Of a stretch of DNA of 64,000 nt, positions 17,287-25,390 are shown one piece after another; position 1 is the first letter of the stretch, and each line of letters opens with the position of its first letter. The stretch is from Patescibacteria group bacterium. GTDB lineage: Bacteria > Patescibacteriota > Patescibacteriia > Magasanikbacterales > GWA2-37-8. Under the pieces are notes generated by a model. That model did not search any database. It worked only from the letters and a program-made list of their open reading frames with translations, and was not told the DNA's origin. The stretch spans positions 3,841 through 67,840 of the forward strand of contig JAQTYG010000002.1 in NCBI GenBank assembly GCA_028688375.1, read 5' to 3'. The position numbers and the translations under genes were made by a program.

Positions 17287-17315
17287 TTGACAAAAAGGCA
17301 AAAATGTGCTATACT
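17287..17315 (+). promoter_or_regulatory. sigma70 promoter, near-duplicate of 7896-7924
   Basis: ttgacaaaaaggcaaaaatgtgctatact. Confidence 0.6.
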
Positions 17316-17410
17316 ATATTATTCTTTTACAAACTCCAGTCCCGCATGGTGCGGGACGGAAAACCCGGCCGCGGGGAACAGCGGCAGAAAGAAAACAGGA
17401 GGAAAGGTCC

Positions 17411-18136
17411 ATGACAAACCATGGCACGGTCCCCCAGAATCAGTTCGAAGAGTTCCTGGCCGCCCTCATCGTGGCTCTACCGCAGATGACGCCGGAGCAG
17501 ATGCAGAAGTTCATCCGGCTCTCGACCAAGACCAAGAGGAAGAAGCTCCGTGAGCTCTTCGGCACGACCGACACCGAGGTTTGGCGCGAGGAGTGGACGA
17601 AGTTCTACCTCGAGGTCTTCAACCTCGCGGTGGACCTGACGAACGTCGTCCTGCCCACCGAGGTGGAGGAGTTCGCCTGGCTGACGGTTCTGGCCAAGGA
17701 GCTCGGCGACACGCCGCTCAACACGGCCATGGTCGCTGCCAGGAAGCTCTTCAAGGGCAAGGTCTGGCAGTACTACGACGACCTGGACAAGGATGTCACC
17801 GTCAACGACCGCGACCTGAAGAACGGCTCCTACGCCATCCGCATCCGGGCCAGGGTGGAGGCCGACGAGGAGAACAAGGGCCTCTCGGCCAACCAGATCG
17901 CCGAGCGTAAGCTCGTGACGATGACGCTCCTGGAGCGCATCGTGCTGGAGCTGTTCTACTTCTGGAAGACCGGGAAGCACCTGGACATCCAGAACGTGAC
18001 GCTCTGCAGCGGCTCGCGCAGCTCGGATGGCCGCGTCCCGCGCTGCGACTTGTTTGGCGCTGGCCACTTCTTCGTCGACGACTGCCGCCCCGGCTGCGCC
18101 CGCGTCTACTTGCGGGCTCGTGTCGCAGTTTTGTAA
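17411..18136 (+). CDS. DGR target protein (GC-rich, about 64% GC), variable region at C-terminus
   Basis: SD aggaggaaagg then ATG at 17411; last about 42 codons form the VR copy of the TR/VR pair. Confidence 0.6.
   Translation: MTNHGTVPQNQFEEFLAALIVALPQMTPEQMQKFIRLSTKTKRKKLRELFGTTDTEVWREEWTKFYLEVFNLAVDLTNVVLPTEVEEFAWLTVLAKELGDTPLNTAMVAARKLFKGKVWQYYDDLDKDVTVNDRDLKNGSYAIRIRARVEADEENKGLSANQIAERKLVTMTLLERIVLELFYFWKTGKHLDIQNVTLCSGSRSSDGRVPRCDLFGAGHFFVDDCRPGCARVYLRARVAVL
18008..18131 (+). repeat. DGR variable repeat (VR)
   Basis: about 124-bp imperfect direct repeat of 18405-18528; differences concentrated where the other copy has adenine. Confidence 0.7.
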
Positions 18137-18169
18137 CTCGTTCCTTTAACTCTTATCTCACCGGTTCGT

Positions 18170-18215
18170 TCTCTCGCCCGTTTGTGTGTCTTGCACAGAC
18201 GGGCGTTTTCTTTTA
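18170..18215 (+). terminator. hairpin/terminator downstream of VR
   Basis: gcccgtttgtgtgtcttgcacagacgggc followed by gttttctttt. Confidence 0.55.
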
Positions 18216-18404
18216 AAATACTTTTGGCTAATACAACCAATCTCACGCGATGAGGTAATGGTTTGCCACAAATTGAAACTGCTTAATCGATTTTAGAGAG
18301 TATTCGTGAAATGTCGCGATGGCTCCAAACAACGCCTGCTTCGCGGGTCAACGCAGATAATTTTGTTAAAGATTATCGGTGATTTTTGATGAAATCGGTT
18401 AATA

Positions 18405-18528
18405 AGCGGCTCGCGCAACTCGGATGGCGACGTCCCGCGCTGCGACTTGGGTGGCGATGGCCACTTCCACGTCTACGGCTGCAGCCCCGACAACGCCAAC
18501 GACAACTTGCGGGCTCGTGTCGAAGTTT
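18405..18528 (+). repeat. DGR template repeat (TR)
   Basis: adenine-rich copy (AAC codons gac aac gcc aac gac aac in target frame); followed by hairpin aaaaaggagcttg-cgt-caagctcctttt. Confidence 0.7.
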
Positions 18529-18544
18529 CAAAAAGGAGCTTGCG

Positions 18545-18826
18545 TCAAGCTCCTTTTGTTTCCAAGTATCTTATCCAGCCGCTTGCCATTTTGGAAATTT
18601 CTACCAACTGGTTTTCAATATCCAGATATTTATTCGTGTTGATTATATCCAGTTCATTTTCCAGCCGAATCAGCCGCTTTAATATTTCTATTTCAATTTT
18701 TATTTTTCGCAAAATCGGAATTTTTGTCGCGCCGCCGAGCAGGGCGGCTTCAATGGAAAAGCCGAGAATGTCCAGGCCAAACTGTTCTATTTTCAAATGC
18801 AATCCGTGTCTGTCTTTTTTCGGCAC
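18545..18826 (-). CDS. Avd-like four-helix-bundle protein (accessory variability determinant / 23S rRNA IVS-protein family), opposite strand
   Basis: C-terminal RLENELDIINTNKYLDIENQLVEISKMASGWIRYL matches the NELETQL...KMLNGLIRSL signature; only 93 aa. Confidence 0.45.
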   Translation of the reverse strand: MPKKDRHGLHLKIEQFGLDILGFSIEAALLGGATKIPILRKIKIEIEILKRLIRLENELDIINTNKYLDIENQLVEISKMASGWIRYLETKGA

Positions 18827-18878
18827 GTTTTTGCCGAGGACATAAATATTCCTGTATAACTCCGTTATCTTATGAACA

Positions 18879-19898
18879 ATGGGGATAGAAATTGCGTCGG
18901 GGGGGGGGTTGCTTGATTGTATCGGCCATAATTTTTTTGATAAAATTATTTCTTTTGGTAATTTATTTCGTGCCTGGCGCGAATTTAAACGCGGGAAGAC
19001 GGGTAAAAACGACGTCAGAAAATTTTATTATTCATTGGAAGATAATTTATTTGAGTTGCGACGTGATTTATTAGAGCACCGCTACCAACCGGACAAGTAT
19101 GGCTTTTTCTATGTCCGCGACCCTAAATTGCGGCCGATTCACAAGGCCTCGGTCCGCGACCGGGTTTTGTTTCAAGCCGTGTTCCGTTTATTGTATCATA
19201 TTTTTGACCGGCATTTTATTTTTGATTCATATTCTTGCCGATTCGGCAAAGGCACGCATGCCGGCGTGTGGCGTTTGGAGCAATTCGTCCGACGGGCGAG
19301 CGCGAATTATTCAAGGCCGGTATTTGCCCTAAAGTGCGATGTGCAAAAATTCTTTTATAGCATTGACCATGATATTTTATTTGATTTGTTAAGGCGAAAG
19401 GTTGGCGACCCCAACACGCTATGGTTGATTGACAAAATAATAGACAGTTTTGAAATTGAACCGGGCAAGGGTCTGCCTCTCGGCAACGTAACCAGCCAGT
19501 TGTTTGCTAATATTTATTTGAATGAATTGGATCAATGGGTGAAACATGTTTTGCGGCGAAAATATTATTTGCGGTATTGCGATGATTTTGTGATTTTGGG
19601 GGATAGTGTCGCTGATTTACGAGCGTTGATTGAACCGGTTAATGATTTTTTAAAAGAAAAATTAAAATTGAACTTGCATCCGCGGAAAGTGGAAATCAGA
19701 AAATTATCGCAGGGGATTGATTTTCTGGGATATGTTGTTTTGTCCCGTCATATTGTACTGCGAACGAAAACAAAAAAGAGAATGTTTAGAAAGGTGGCAA
19801 ATTGTCCGTCAAGCCAGTCGTTGCAGTCGTATTTGGGAATGTTGAAACACGGCAATAATTTCAATCTGTATAATAAGATAAAGCGTTTATTTGGTTAA
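18879..19898 (+). CDS. DGR-type reverse transcriptase
   Basis: RT motif C RYCDDFVILG (YxDD) and DGR-diagnostic LGNVTSQLFANIYLNELD; 339 aa. Confidence 0.85.
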   Translation: MGIEIASGGGLLDCIGHNFFDKIISFGNLFRAWREFKRGKTGKNDVRKFYYSLEDNLFELRRDLLEHRYQPDKYGFFYVRDPKLRPIHKASVRDRVLFQAVFRLLYHIFDRHFIFDSYSCRFGKGTHAGVWRLEQFVRRASANYSRPVFALKCDVQKFFYSIDHDILFDLLRRKVGDPNTLWLIDKIIDSFEIEPGKGLPLGNVTSQLFANIYLNELDQWVKHVLRRKYYLRYCDDFVILGDSVADLRALIEPVNDFLKEKLKLNLHPRKVEIRKLSQGIDFLGYVVLSRHIVLRTKTKKRMFRKVANCPSSQSLQSYLGMLKHGNNFNLYNKIKRLFG

Positions 19899-19907
19899 AT
19901 GGGCCTA

Positions 19908-19936
19908 TTGACAATAAACTCACAATAGGTTATACT
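19908..19936 (+). promoter_or_regulatory. sigma70 promoter for rpsA (TTGACA-17-TATACT)
   Basis: ttgacaataaactcacaataggttatact; 130-nt structured leader precedes rpsA. Confidence 0.55.
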
Positions 19937-20069
19937 GTTTTCACAATCAGTTAATCAAATCCGGCCCGATTTAGTGGCTGGACCCATGAAGTGCCGCGTG
20001 CGAAGTCGCGAAAGCGACGAAGCTATACGCGGTTACCCAAATGGATAAGCGATTCTTTTTTGTTTTTAT

Positions 20070-21263
20070 ATGTCAGACAACACACAGGACTTCAAGAAGC
20101 TGCTCGAAGAGCATCTGATGAATTTTCCCAAGGTCAACGATATCGTTAAAGGCAAAGTGATTTCTGTGGACAAAGGGGAAATCCGTATTGACGTGGAAAA
20201 TTTAACCACGGCGATTGTGCGCGGGCGCGAAATGTTTTCCGAATCGCGCGAATACGCCGGCCTTAAACCGGGCGACGAAGTGGAAGGCACGGTCATTGAT
20301 TTAGAAAATGAAAACGGTGAAATGGAACTCTCGTTCCGCATTGCCGGTATGCAGAGGGTTTGGGACAATGCCAGAAAGTGGATGTCGCAAGGTTTGACCC
20401 TCAAAGCCAAAATCCTTTCCGCCAACAAAGGCGGTTTGATGATGCAGGTGGGCCCGTTGGCCGGTTTTATGCCGGTCTCGCAACTCAACCCGGATCATTA
20501 TCCGCGAGTGGCCGGTGGCGACAAGAACCGCATTTTGGAAAAATTACTAGAAATGGTCGGCCAGGAGTTTGAAGTGAAAGCGATTGACGTGGATGAGAAA
20601 GAAGAAAAATTAATCGTCTCGGAAAAAGCGGTTTGGGAAGACGCCCAAAAAGCCGTGCTTGAGGCCTACAAAGTGGGCGACATCGTGGAAGGCGAAGTTA
20701 GCGCCATTACTTCCTTCGGCGTGTTCCTGCGCTTCGGCGAGGGGCTGGAGGGCTTGGTGCATATTTCCGAAATCGCCTGGCAGAGAATTGACCACCCGAA
20801 AGATTTGCTCAAAGTGGGCGACAAAGTCCGCGCGCAAATTATTCAGCTGGATCACTCCAAAATTTATCTGTCCATCAAACGATTGGTGGATGACCCGTGG
20901 AAAAAAGTGAAAGATAAATACAAGGTGGGGGAGACGGTGAAAGGCAAAATTTTGAAAGTGGAACCGTTCGGCCTGATGGTCAGCCTGGACAAAGAAATCC
21001 ACGGCCTGGCACACATCTCCGAATTGTCCGACGAGCCGATTGCCAACATTCATGACAAATTCAAAATTGGCGACACTCTGGACTTTGCCGTGGTCTCGCT
21101 CGAGCCGGCCGAACACCGTTTGGGCCTGCGCGTGGCCGGAGTAAAAGGCAAGGCCGCGCGAAAGGCCACCGCCACCGCCACCGCAGAAGCGGGGCAGGCA
21201 GAAGCGGGGCAGGTTGAAGAGAAAAAGGAAGAAACGGTAGCGGAAGAGAAAAAAGAAGAGTAA
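20070..21263 (+). CDS. rpsA: 30S ribosomal protein S1
   Basis: four S1 domains, Lys/Glu-rich tail; tail contains ATATAEAGQAEAGQ segment shared with ORF 23675-23977. Confidence 0.85.
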   Translation: MSDNTQDFKKLLEEHLMNFPKVNDIVKGKVISVDKGEIRIDVENLTTAIVRGREMFSESREYAGLKPGDEVEGTVIDLENENGEMELSFRIAGMQRVWDNARKWMSQGLTLKAKILSANKGGLMMQVGPLAGFMPVSQLNPDHYPRVAGGDKNRILEKLLEMVGQEFEVKAIDVDEKEEKLIVSEKAVWEDAQKAVLEAYKVGDIVEGEVSAITSFGVFLRFGEGLEGLVHISEIAWQRIDHPKDLLKVGDKVRAQIIQLDHSKIYLSIKRLVDDPWKKVKDKYKVGETVKGKILKVEPFGLMVSLDKEIHGLAHISELSDEPIANIHDKFKIGDTLDFAVVSLEPAEHRLGLRVAGVKGKAARKATATATAEAGQAEAGQVEEKKEETVAEEKKEE

Positions 21264-21267
21264 TTAA

Positions 21268-21305
21268 AACAAAAATCCAGCCACCTGTGTGGCTGGATTT
21301 TTGTT
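21268..21305 (+). terminator. intrinsic terminator
   Basis: aaaaatccagccacc-tgtg-tggctggatttttgtttt. Confidence 0.75.
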
Positions 21306-21340
21306 TTGTTATCCCGCCCGGTTTTGGCGCTCAAAAACTA

Positions 21341-21369
21341 TTGACAGGCCCGCCGGAATGTGCTATAAG
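21341..21369 (+). promoter_or_regulatory. sigma70 promoter with extended -10 (TTGACA-17-TGcTATAAG)
   Basis: ttgacaggcccgccggaatgtgctataag. Confidence 0.5.
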
Positions 21370-21482
21370 TTGTGTTATAATTGAGGCGTTATTTTTTAAA
21401 TAACAAATCGTCGCTCATTTTATAACTGGGGAAAAGAAAAAGCGAAATCGCCTAAGAGGCGAATTGATAAAAAGGAGAAGAA

Positions 21483-22127
21483 ATGGTGAATAAAAGAAAA
21501 TCGAAATTTCTGGACGCCTCCATTGCTTCGGGCGAAATGTGGAAGATAATTATGGAAGCCGTCATCGCTGAGGGCGGTGGCGACGAACACATCCTGCGGA
21601 TCAAGGAGGACCCGAGCTTGGTTGAGAGATTGGCTAGGGAAATCGTTGGTGTCGACAACAACATCATCGATGCGCTCCGCGTCATGTGCGATTACCGCGT
21701 CCTGACACACGCCGAGCTCAAGTCCGCTTTTGACTTCGTCAATGATATTTATATCCAGGCCGAGTTCAAGGCGATTGACGTTTGCGCGTCTGTTAGTCGC
21801 GAGTGCGGGCTGATCGAAGTCAAATATCTGTGTCTTGGCCGTAAAGCCAGCACCGCCGATGTCCTCGACGAAATGGAGAAAAAAAATCTGCGTCCGTTGA
21901 TTTACGAGGAGGGCGTTGCTTTAGCCAAGGAATGTCCGGATGAGCAGAGAAAGTCCGAGATCGCGATTCTCGGCTCTGTTTGCAAGGACCCCAGCGGAGA
22001 AAGCAACGTAATGGTCCTGCGCGGGAACAACGATGGACGTGATCTGACCGCGCGCTGGGTCAAGAACCGTTGGCGTAGCAGCTGTCGCTTCCCCGCCACC
22101 AGCAAGACCGTGGCCAAGACCGCCTAA
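21483..22127 (+). CDS. hypothetical protein (moderately GC-rich ORFan)
   Basis: 214 aa, SD aaaggagaag, own promoter; no recognisable family. Confidence 0.45.
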   Translation: MVNKRKSKFLDASIASGEMWKIIMEAVIAEGGGDEHILRIKEDPSLVERLAREIVGVDNNIIDALRVMCDYRVLTHAELKSAFDFVNDIYIQAEFKAIDVCASVSRECGLIEVKYLCLGRKASTADVLDEMEKKNLRPLIYEEGVALAKECPDEQRKSEIAILGSVCKDPSGESNVMVLRGNNDGRDLTARWVKNRWRSSCRFPATSKTVAKTA

Positions 22128-22265
22128 GCGGCCTCGCCCCTCTGCCTGTCGGCCCCCCGGGGCTCTCGTTCGTTTCATACTACGGTGTGAACAGCGAGAG
22201 TCCTTTTTTTATCTCGGCTTTGCGCAATATGAAATAAACCTGCTACTATATCCGTATTAACATAT

Positions 22266-22823
22266 ATGGAACAAGAACGGGCACAACTTGTCTCCGATGA
22301 GGATTTGGCCATAAAATCACTGGCCAACGGCGAATTGTTCGCCGAATTGATGCGCCGGTTTGAAGGGCGCCTGCTTTTGTATATTTGTCGCATTTCCGGT
22401 TTTGTGACTGAAGACGCGGAAGACGTGTTGCAGAAAGTGTTTATTAAGGCCTACTTTAATTTGCGCGATTTTGATCGAGGACTGAAGTTTTCTTCCTGGA
22501 TTTACCGCATCGCCAGAAATGAAACCATCAGCGAATGGCGCCGGCGCAAAGCCCGGCCGAGCGTTTATTTGAATGACGAAGATTGGCAAAAAATACAAAG
22601 CGAGTCAGATTTGTTTGAAAATGTTCACCGTAATTTTGATAAAGAAAAAATTTCGGCCGCGCTGGAACAGCTGGACGAAAAATATCGCCAGGCGATTGTT
22701 CTGTATTTTTTTGAACAGAGAAGCTACGAAGAAATCGGCGACATTATTCAAAAGCCGGTTAGCACGGTCGGCACGCTAATCAGCCGGGCGAAAAAACAAC
22801 TAAAAAATATTTTAATTAAATAA
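22266..22823 (+). CDS. ECF-type RNA polymerase sigma factor
   Basis: sigma70 region 2 (FIKAYFNLRDFD...SWIYRIARN) and region 4 HTH (YRQAIVLYFFEQRSYEEIGDIIQKPVSTVGTLISRAKKQLK). Confidence 0.8.
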   Translation: MEQERAQLVSDEDLAIKSLANGELFAELMRRFEGRLLLYICRISGFVTEDAEDVLQKVFIKAYFNLRDFDRGLKFSSWIYRIARNETISEWRRRKARPSVYLNDEDWQKIQSESDLFENVHRNFDKEKISAALEQLDEKYRQAIVLYFFEQRSYEEIGDIIQKPVSTVGTLISRAKKQLKNILIK

Positions 22824-22824
22824 T

Positions 22825-23613
22825 ATGTCCCCAGAAGTCAGCCAGAAAGTTTTGGCCCAAATTCAACACGATAAAATTGAGCCGGTCGGCAAGTGGCGTT
22901 TTGTTTGGCGCCGCCTGTTGTTTTGGTTGTTGGCCGGAGTAGCCGTGGTGTTAGGCGGGTTGTCAGCCGGCACGGCTTATTTCATGCAAGCCAATCAGGA
23001 TTGGGATATCTGGCCCAGATTAACCGACAGTTTTATTACCTTTTTTCTTTTGGTTCTACCGTATTTTTGGATTATTTTATTTGGTATTTTTGTCGTGCTG
23101 GTATATTTAAATTTGCGTCACACCAAATACGGCTATCGTTGGCATTTTTGGCTGATTGCCGGCGGTTATGTTGTTATCACCGCCGTATTGGGCGCGATAT
23201 TTTACCAAGCGGGTTTAGCCGGTAAGATTGAAACTGTTTTGGGCGAGGCTTTGCCTCTTTATCATCATGTTAATTATGGCAGTGGTATTTGGGCCAAGCC
23301 GGAAAGCGGGCTGTTGTCAGGCAGGGTGGTGAGCGTATCTGGCACGGTGTTTATTTTAGAAGATTTAGACGGACAAAAGTGGACGATAGCCAGCGCCGGG
23401 GCAGTCAATATAGATTTAATCGCGCCGGAGGCGCGGCTAAAGATCGTCGGAGAAAAAGCGGAGGCCGGAATTTTTAGGGCCAATGAAATTCGCTCGTGGT
23501 GCGGTTGTGGCGGTTGTTCCGCTGGCCCGTCCGCTGGGGATAGCTGCGCGGGCGGCGCCATCTGCGAGGGCGCGAGTGGCTGTCAGCATGCCGGTTGTTC
23601 AATGATGAAATAA
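22825..23613 (+). CDS. membrane protein, putative anti-sigma factor, Cys/Gly-rich C-terminus
   Basis: start 2 nt after sigma stop; several TM helices; C-terminal CGCGGCSAGPSAGDSCAGGAICEGASGCQHAGC. Confidence 0.45.
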   Translation: MSPEVSQKVLAQIQHDKIEPVGKWRFVWRRLLFWLLAGVAVVLGGLSAGTAYFMQANQDWDIWPRLTDSFITFFLLVLPYFWIILFGIFVVLVYLNLRHTKYGYRWHFWLIAGGYVVITAVLGAIFYQAGLAGKIETVLGEALPLYHHVNYGSGIWAKPESGLLSGRVVSVSGTVFILEDLDGQKWTIASAGAVNIDLIAPEARLKIVGEKAEAGIFRANEIRSWCGCGGCSAGPSAGDSCAGGAICEGASGCQHAGCSMMK

Positions 23614-23674
23614 TTTTTATCGAGCTTGCGTATTAGATTATGAGAGCGCTCGATTAATTCTTTAACCATAAACT

Positions 23675-23977
23675 ATGAAACCATTTTGGTTTATAGGCGG
23701 GATGGCGGTAGCGGCCATTTTGCTCGTCGGTGTCGGCATTGCCGTCGCCGCTACGGGCAATCCGGCGCGCCCACTGGCCATCGCGCCGGTGACGACGGAA
23801 GTAAAAACAGCCTCCGGTTGCGGCTGTAGCATGGGAGCTGCCGGCGCCACTGCCACCGCAGAAGCGGGGCAAGCAAATGCGGGGCAAGGCGGTTGCGGCG
23901 CGGCCGGATGCACCGCCGGGTGCAGCGAATGCCAAGGCAAGTGCGGTGGCGGTTGCAGCGGTGGTTGCGGCAAGTAA
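23675..23977 (+). CDS. small membrane-anchored Cys/Gly-rich protein
   Basis: 100 aa, N-terminal TM, C-terminal GCGCS...GGCGAAGCTAGCSECQGKCGGGCSGGCGK; shares 43-nt segment with rpsA tail. Confidence 0.5.
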   Translation: MKPFWFIGGMAVAAILLVGVGIAVAATGNPARPLAIAPVTTEVKTASGCGCSMGAAGATATAEAGQANAGQGGCGAAGCTAGCSECQGKCGGGCSGGCGK

Positions 23978-23979
23978 GT

Positions 23980-24022
23980 AATTAAAAATCCCTCCGATTT
24001 TTTACATCGGAGGGATTTTTTT
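23980..24022. terminator. bidirectional intrinsic terminator
   Basis: aaaaatccctccgat-tttttac-atcggagggattttttt. Confidence 0.75.
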
Positions 24023-24240
24023 ATATTTGCCATTTTCTTACGGCGCTGGAAGTATCGCTGTCGCTCTCGGGTGTTTGGTTTTTCTCCGGCGGCCCATATG
24101 GGTCATCATAGGTTGGTATGGTCGCGCGCTCGCCTTCTTGATTTTGTTTTTTTCTTTCCTTCTCCATTTTTTCTCTGATTACAAGGTCTATCGGTACGTC
24201 TCGGTGATCAAAATCTTTTTTTGGAGCCATATAATTTAAA

Positions 24241-24711
24241 TTATTTTATTTCCGTAATCGCCATCAGCCAGCGCCAGACGATTTTTTCATTTTTCTTGCC
24301 GACAAAATGAAACCAGACTTCGTTGAAAAACTCCTTTTTTAATTTATGAATCGCTCGGTTTTCTTCCGGGTTACATAAATAGATGTGCGTTTTATCCAGG
24401 CCGACGACAACCGAATAATGGTCGGAATATTCGCTGAACCAACCGATAATGACCGGCAAATGTTTTTTATTAACCCAGTAATCCAAATCTTTGTCAGTGG
24501 CGGCGGTTTTTACGGATACCTTTGCTCCCAACTGTTTAGCCGTCTTAACCAAATCTTCGTGCTCGGCGCCGTATTTTGCCGAGGCTTTACAGTGGCGAAT
24601 TAATTTGTTTATTTTTTCGTCTTTGCCGAAAAAGGATAACAAAATTTTGAGCGAGTACGGACCGCACATGCCCGGCGTTTGTCTAAAATGTTTTACTTTG
24701 AGCAATTTCAT
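24241..24711 (-). CDS. standalone C39-like cysteine peptidase domain protein
   Basis: N-terminal Q...CGPYSLKILLSFFG (C39 Gln/Cys motif), mid-region LGAKVSV, later HYSVVVGLDKTHIYLCNP (His region). Confidence 0.55.
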   Translation of the reverse strand: MKLLKVKHFRQTPGMCGPYSLKILLSFFGKDEKINKLIRHCKASAKYGAEHEDLVKTAKQLGAKVSVKTAATDKDLDYWVNKKHLPVIIGWFSEYSDHYSVVVGLDKTHIYLCNPEENRAIHKLKKEFFNEVWFHFVGKKNEKIVWRWLMAITEIK

Positions 24712-24721
24712 ACCTTATATT

Positions 24722-25288
24722 TTAGTCCTTTAAATATTCGGCCACGCCGTCCTTGCGTCTGGCTTGTTTTTCTCTGGCGCTGGCAAAATCATGCGCGTCG
24801 TTATAACTCAGGCCTTTTTTCATTAAATTTAACTCATAAAGTTCGTGAATTAAAACATATTTTCGTTCCTTTGTCAACATGGCGTCATCCAACCAAATTT
24901 CGTTTTTCGGGACATATTTATATACCAGCCAATGCCCGCCAAAGACAAAATTAAAATCCAGATGTTGGCGCACCAAACGACCGGAGACCAAGTAAATTTT
25001 TACGGCGCCGCGCTGGGATAATAATTTTAGGCGGATTTTTTTCAGATCAATTTTTTTCATTCCACTCAGAAGAATTTTTTTAGCTCGGGCATAGCCGTAT
25101 TTTTTCATTAGCTTTCGTTTTTTTAAAAAAACGGCCGACATTATTTTTTTTTCTTTCAAAAAACCACGGTCAAACCAAATTTCGCCTTTGGGGATGAAGG
25201 GCATGGACAGGCGGTCTTCTATATTGCAAAAATCAATATCAACGGTGTTGCGGATTTTCCAGCCGTCGACGATTTTGAGTTTAGGCAT
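24722..25288 (-). CDS. hypothetical protein with internal duplication
   Basis: repeated P-K-(G/N)-EIW-(F/L)-D motif; possible HELYE metal site; unknown family. Confidence 0.4.
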   Translation of the reverse strand: MPKLKIVDGWKIRNTVDIDFCNIEDRLSMPFIPKGEIWFDRGFLKEKKIMSAVFLKKRKLMKKYGYARAKKILLSGMKKIDLKKIRLKLLSQRGAVKIYLVSGRLVRQHLDFNFVFGGHWLVYKYVPKNEIWLDDAMLTKERKYVLIHELYELNLMKKGLSYNDAHDFASAREKQARRKDGVAEYLKD

Positions 25289-25390
25289 AAATAATATGGA
25301 TAAGCCGCTAAAATGGGCTTCGGTCTTGATATTTTTCGTATTTTAGCATAGAATATTGATAATTACCACTATTTAAATGATAACTATTAT

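Noticed and set aside
18447-18845. Plus-strand ORF 18447-18845 (132 aa) starting inside the TR
   Set aside because: It is read-through of the template repeat into AT-rich DNA with a low-complexity product; the Avd-like homology is on the minus strand.
19937-20069. 130-nt leader upstream of rpsA considered as a stand-alone small RNA
   Set aside because: No terminator precedes the rpsA start; it is more simply a structured 5' UTR, possibly an S1 autoregulatory site, and is not called as a separate gene.
24027-24239. Plus-strand ORF 24027-24239 (hydrophobic 70 aa)
   Set aside because: It overlaps an equally sized minus-strand ORF (24021-24230) that has a more protein-like composition; neither has a clear SD, so neither was called confidently.
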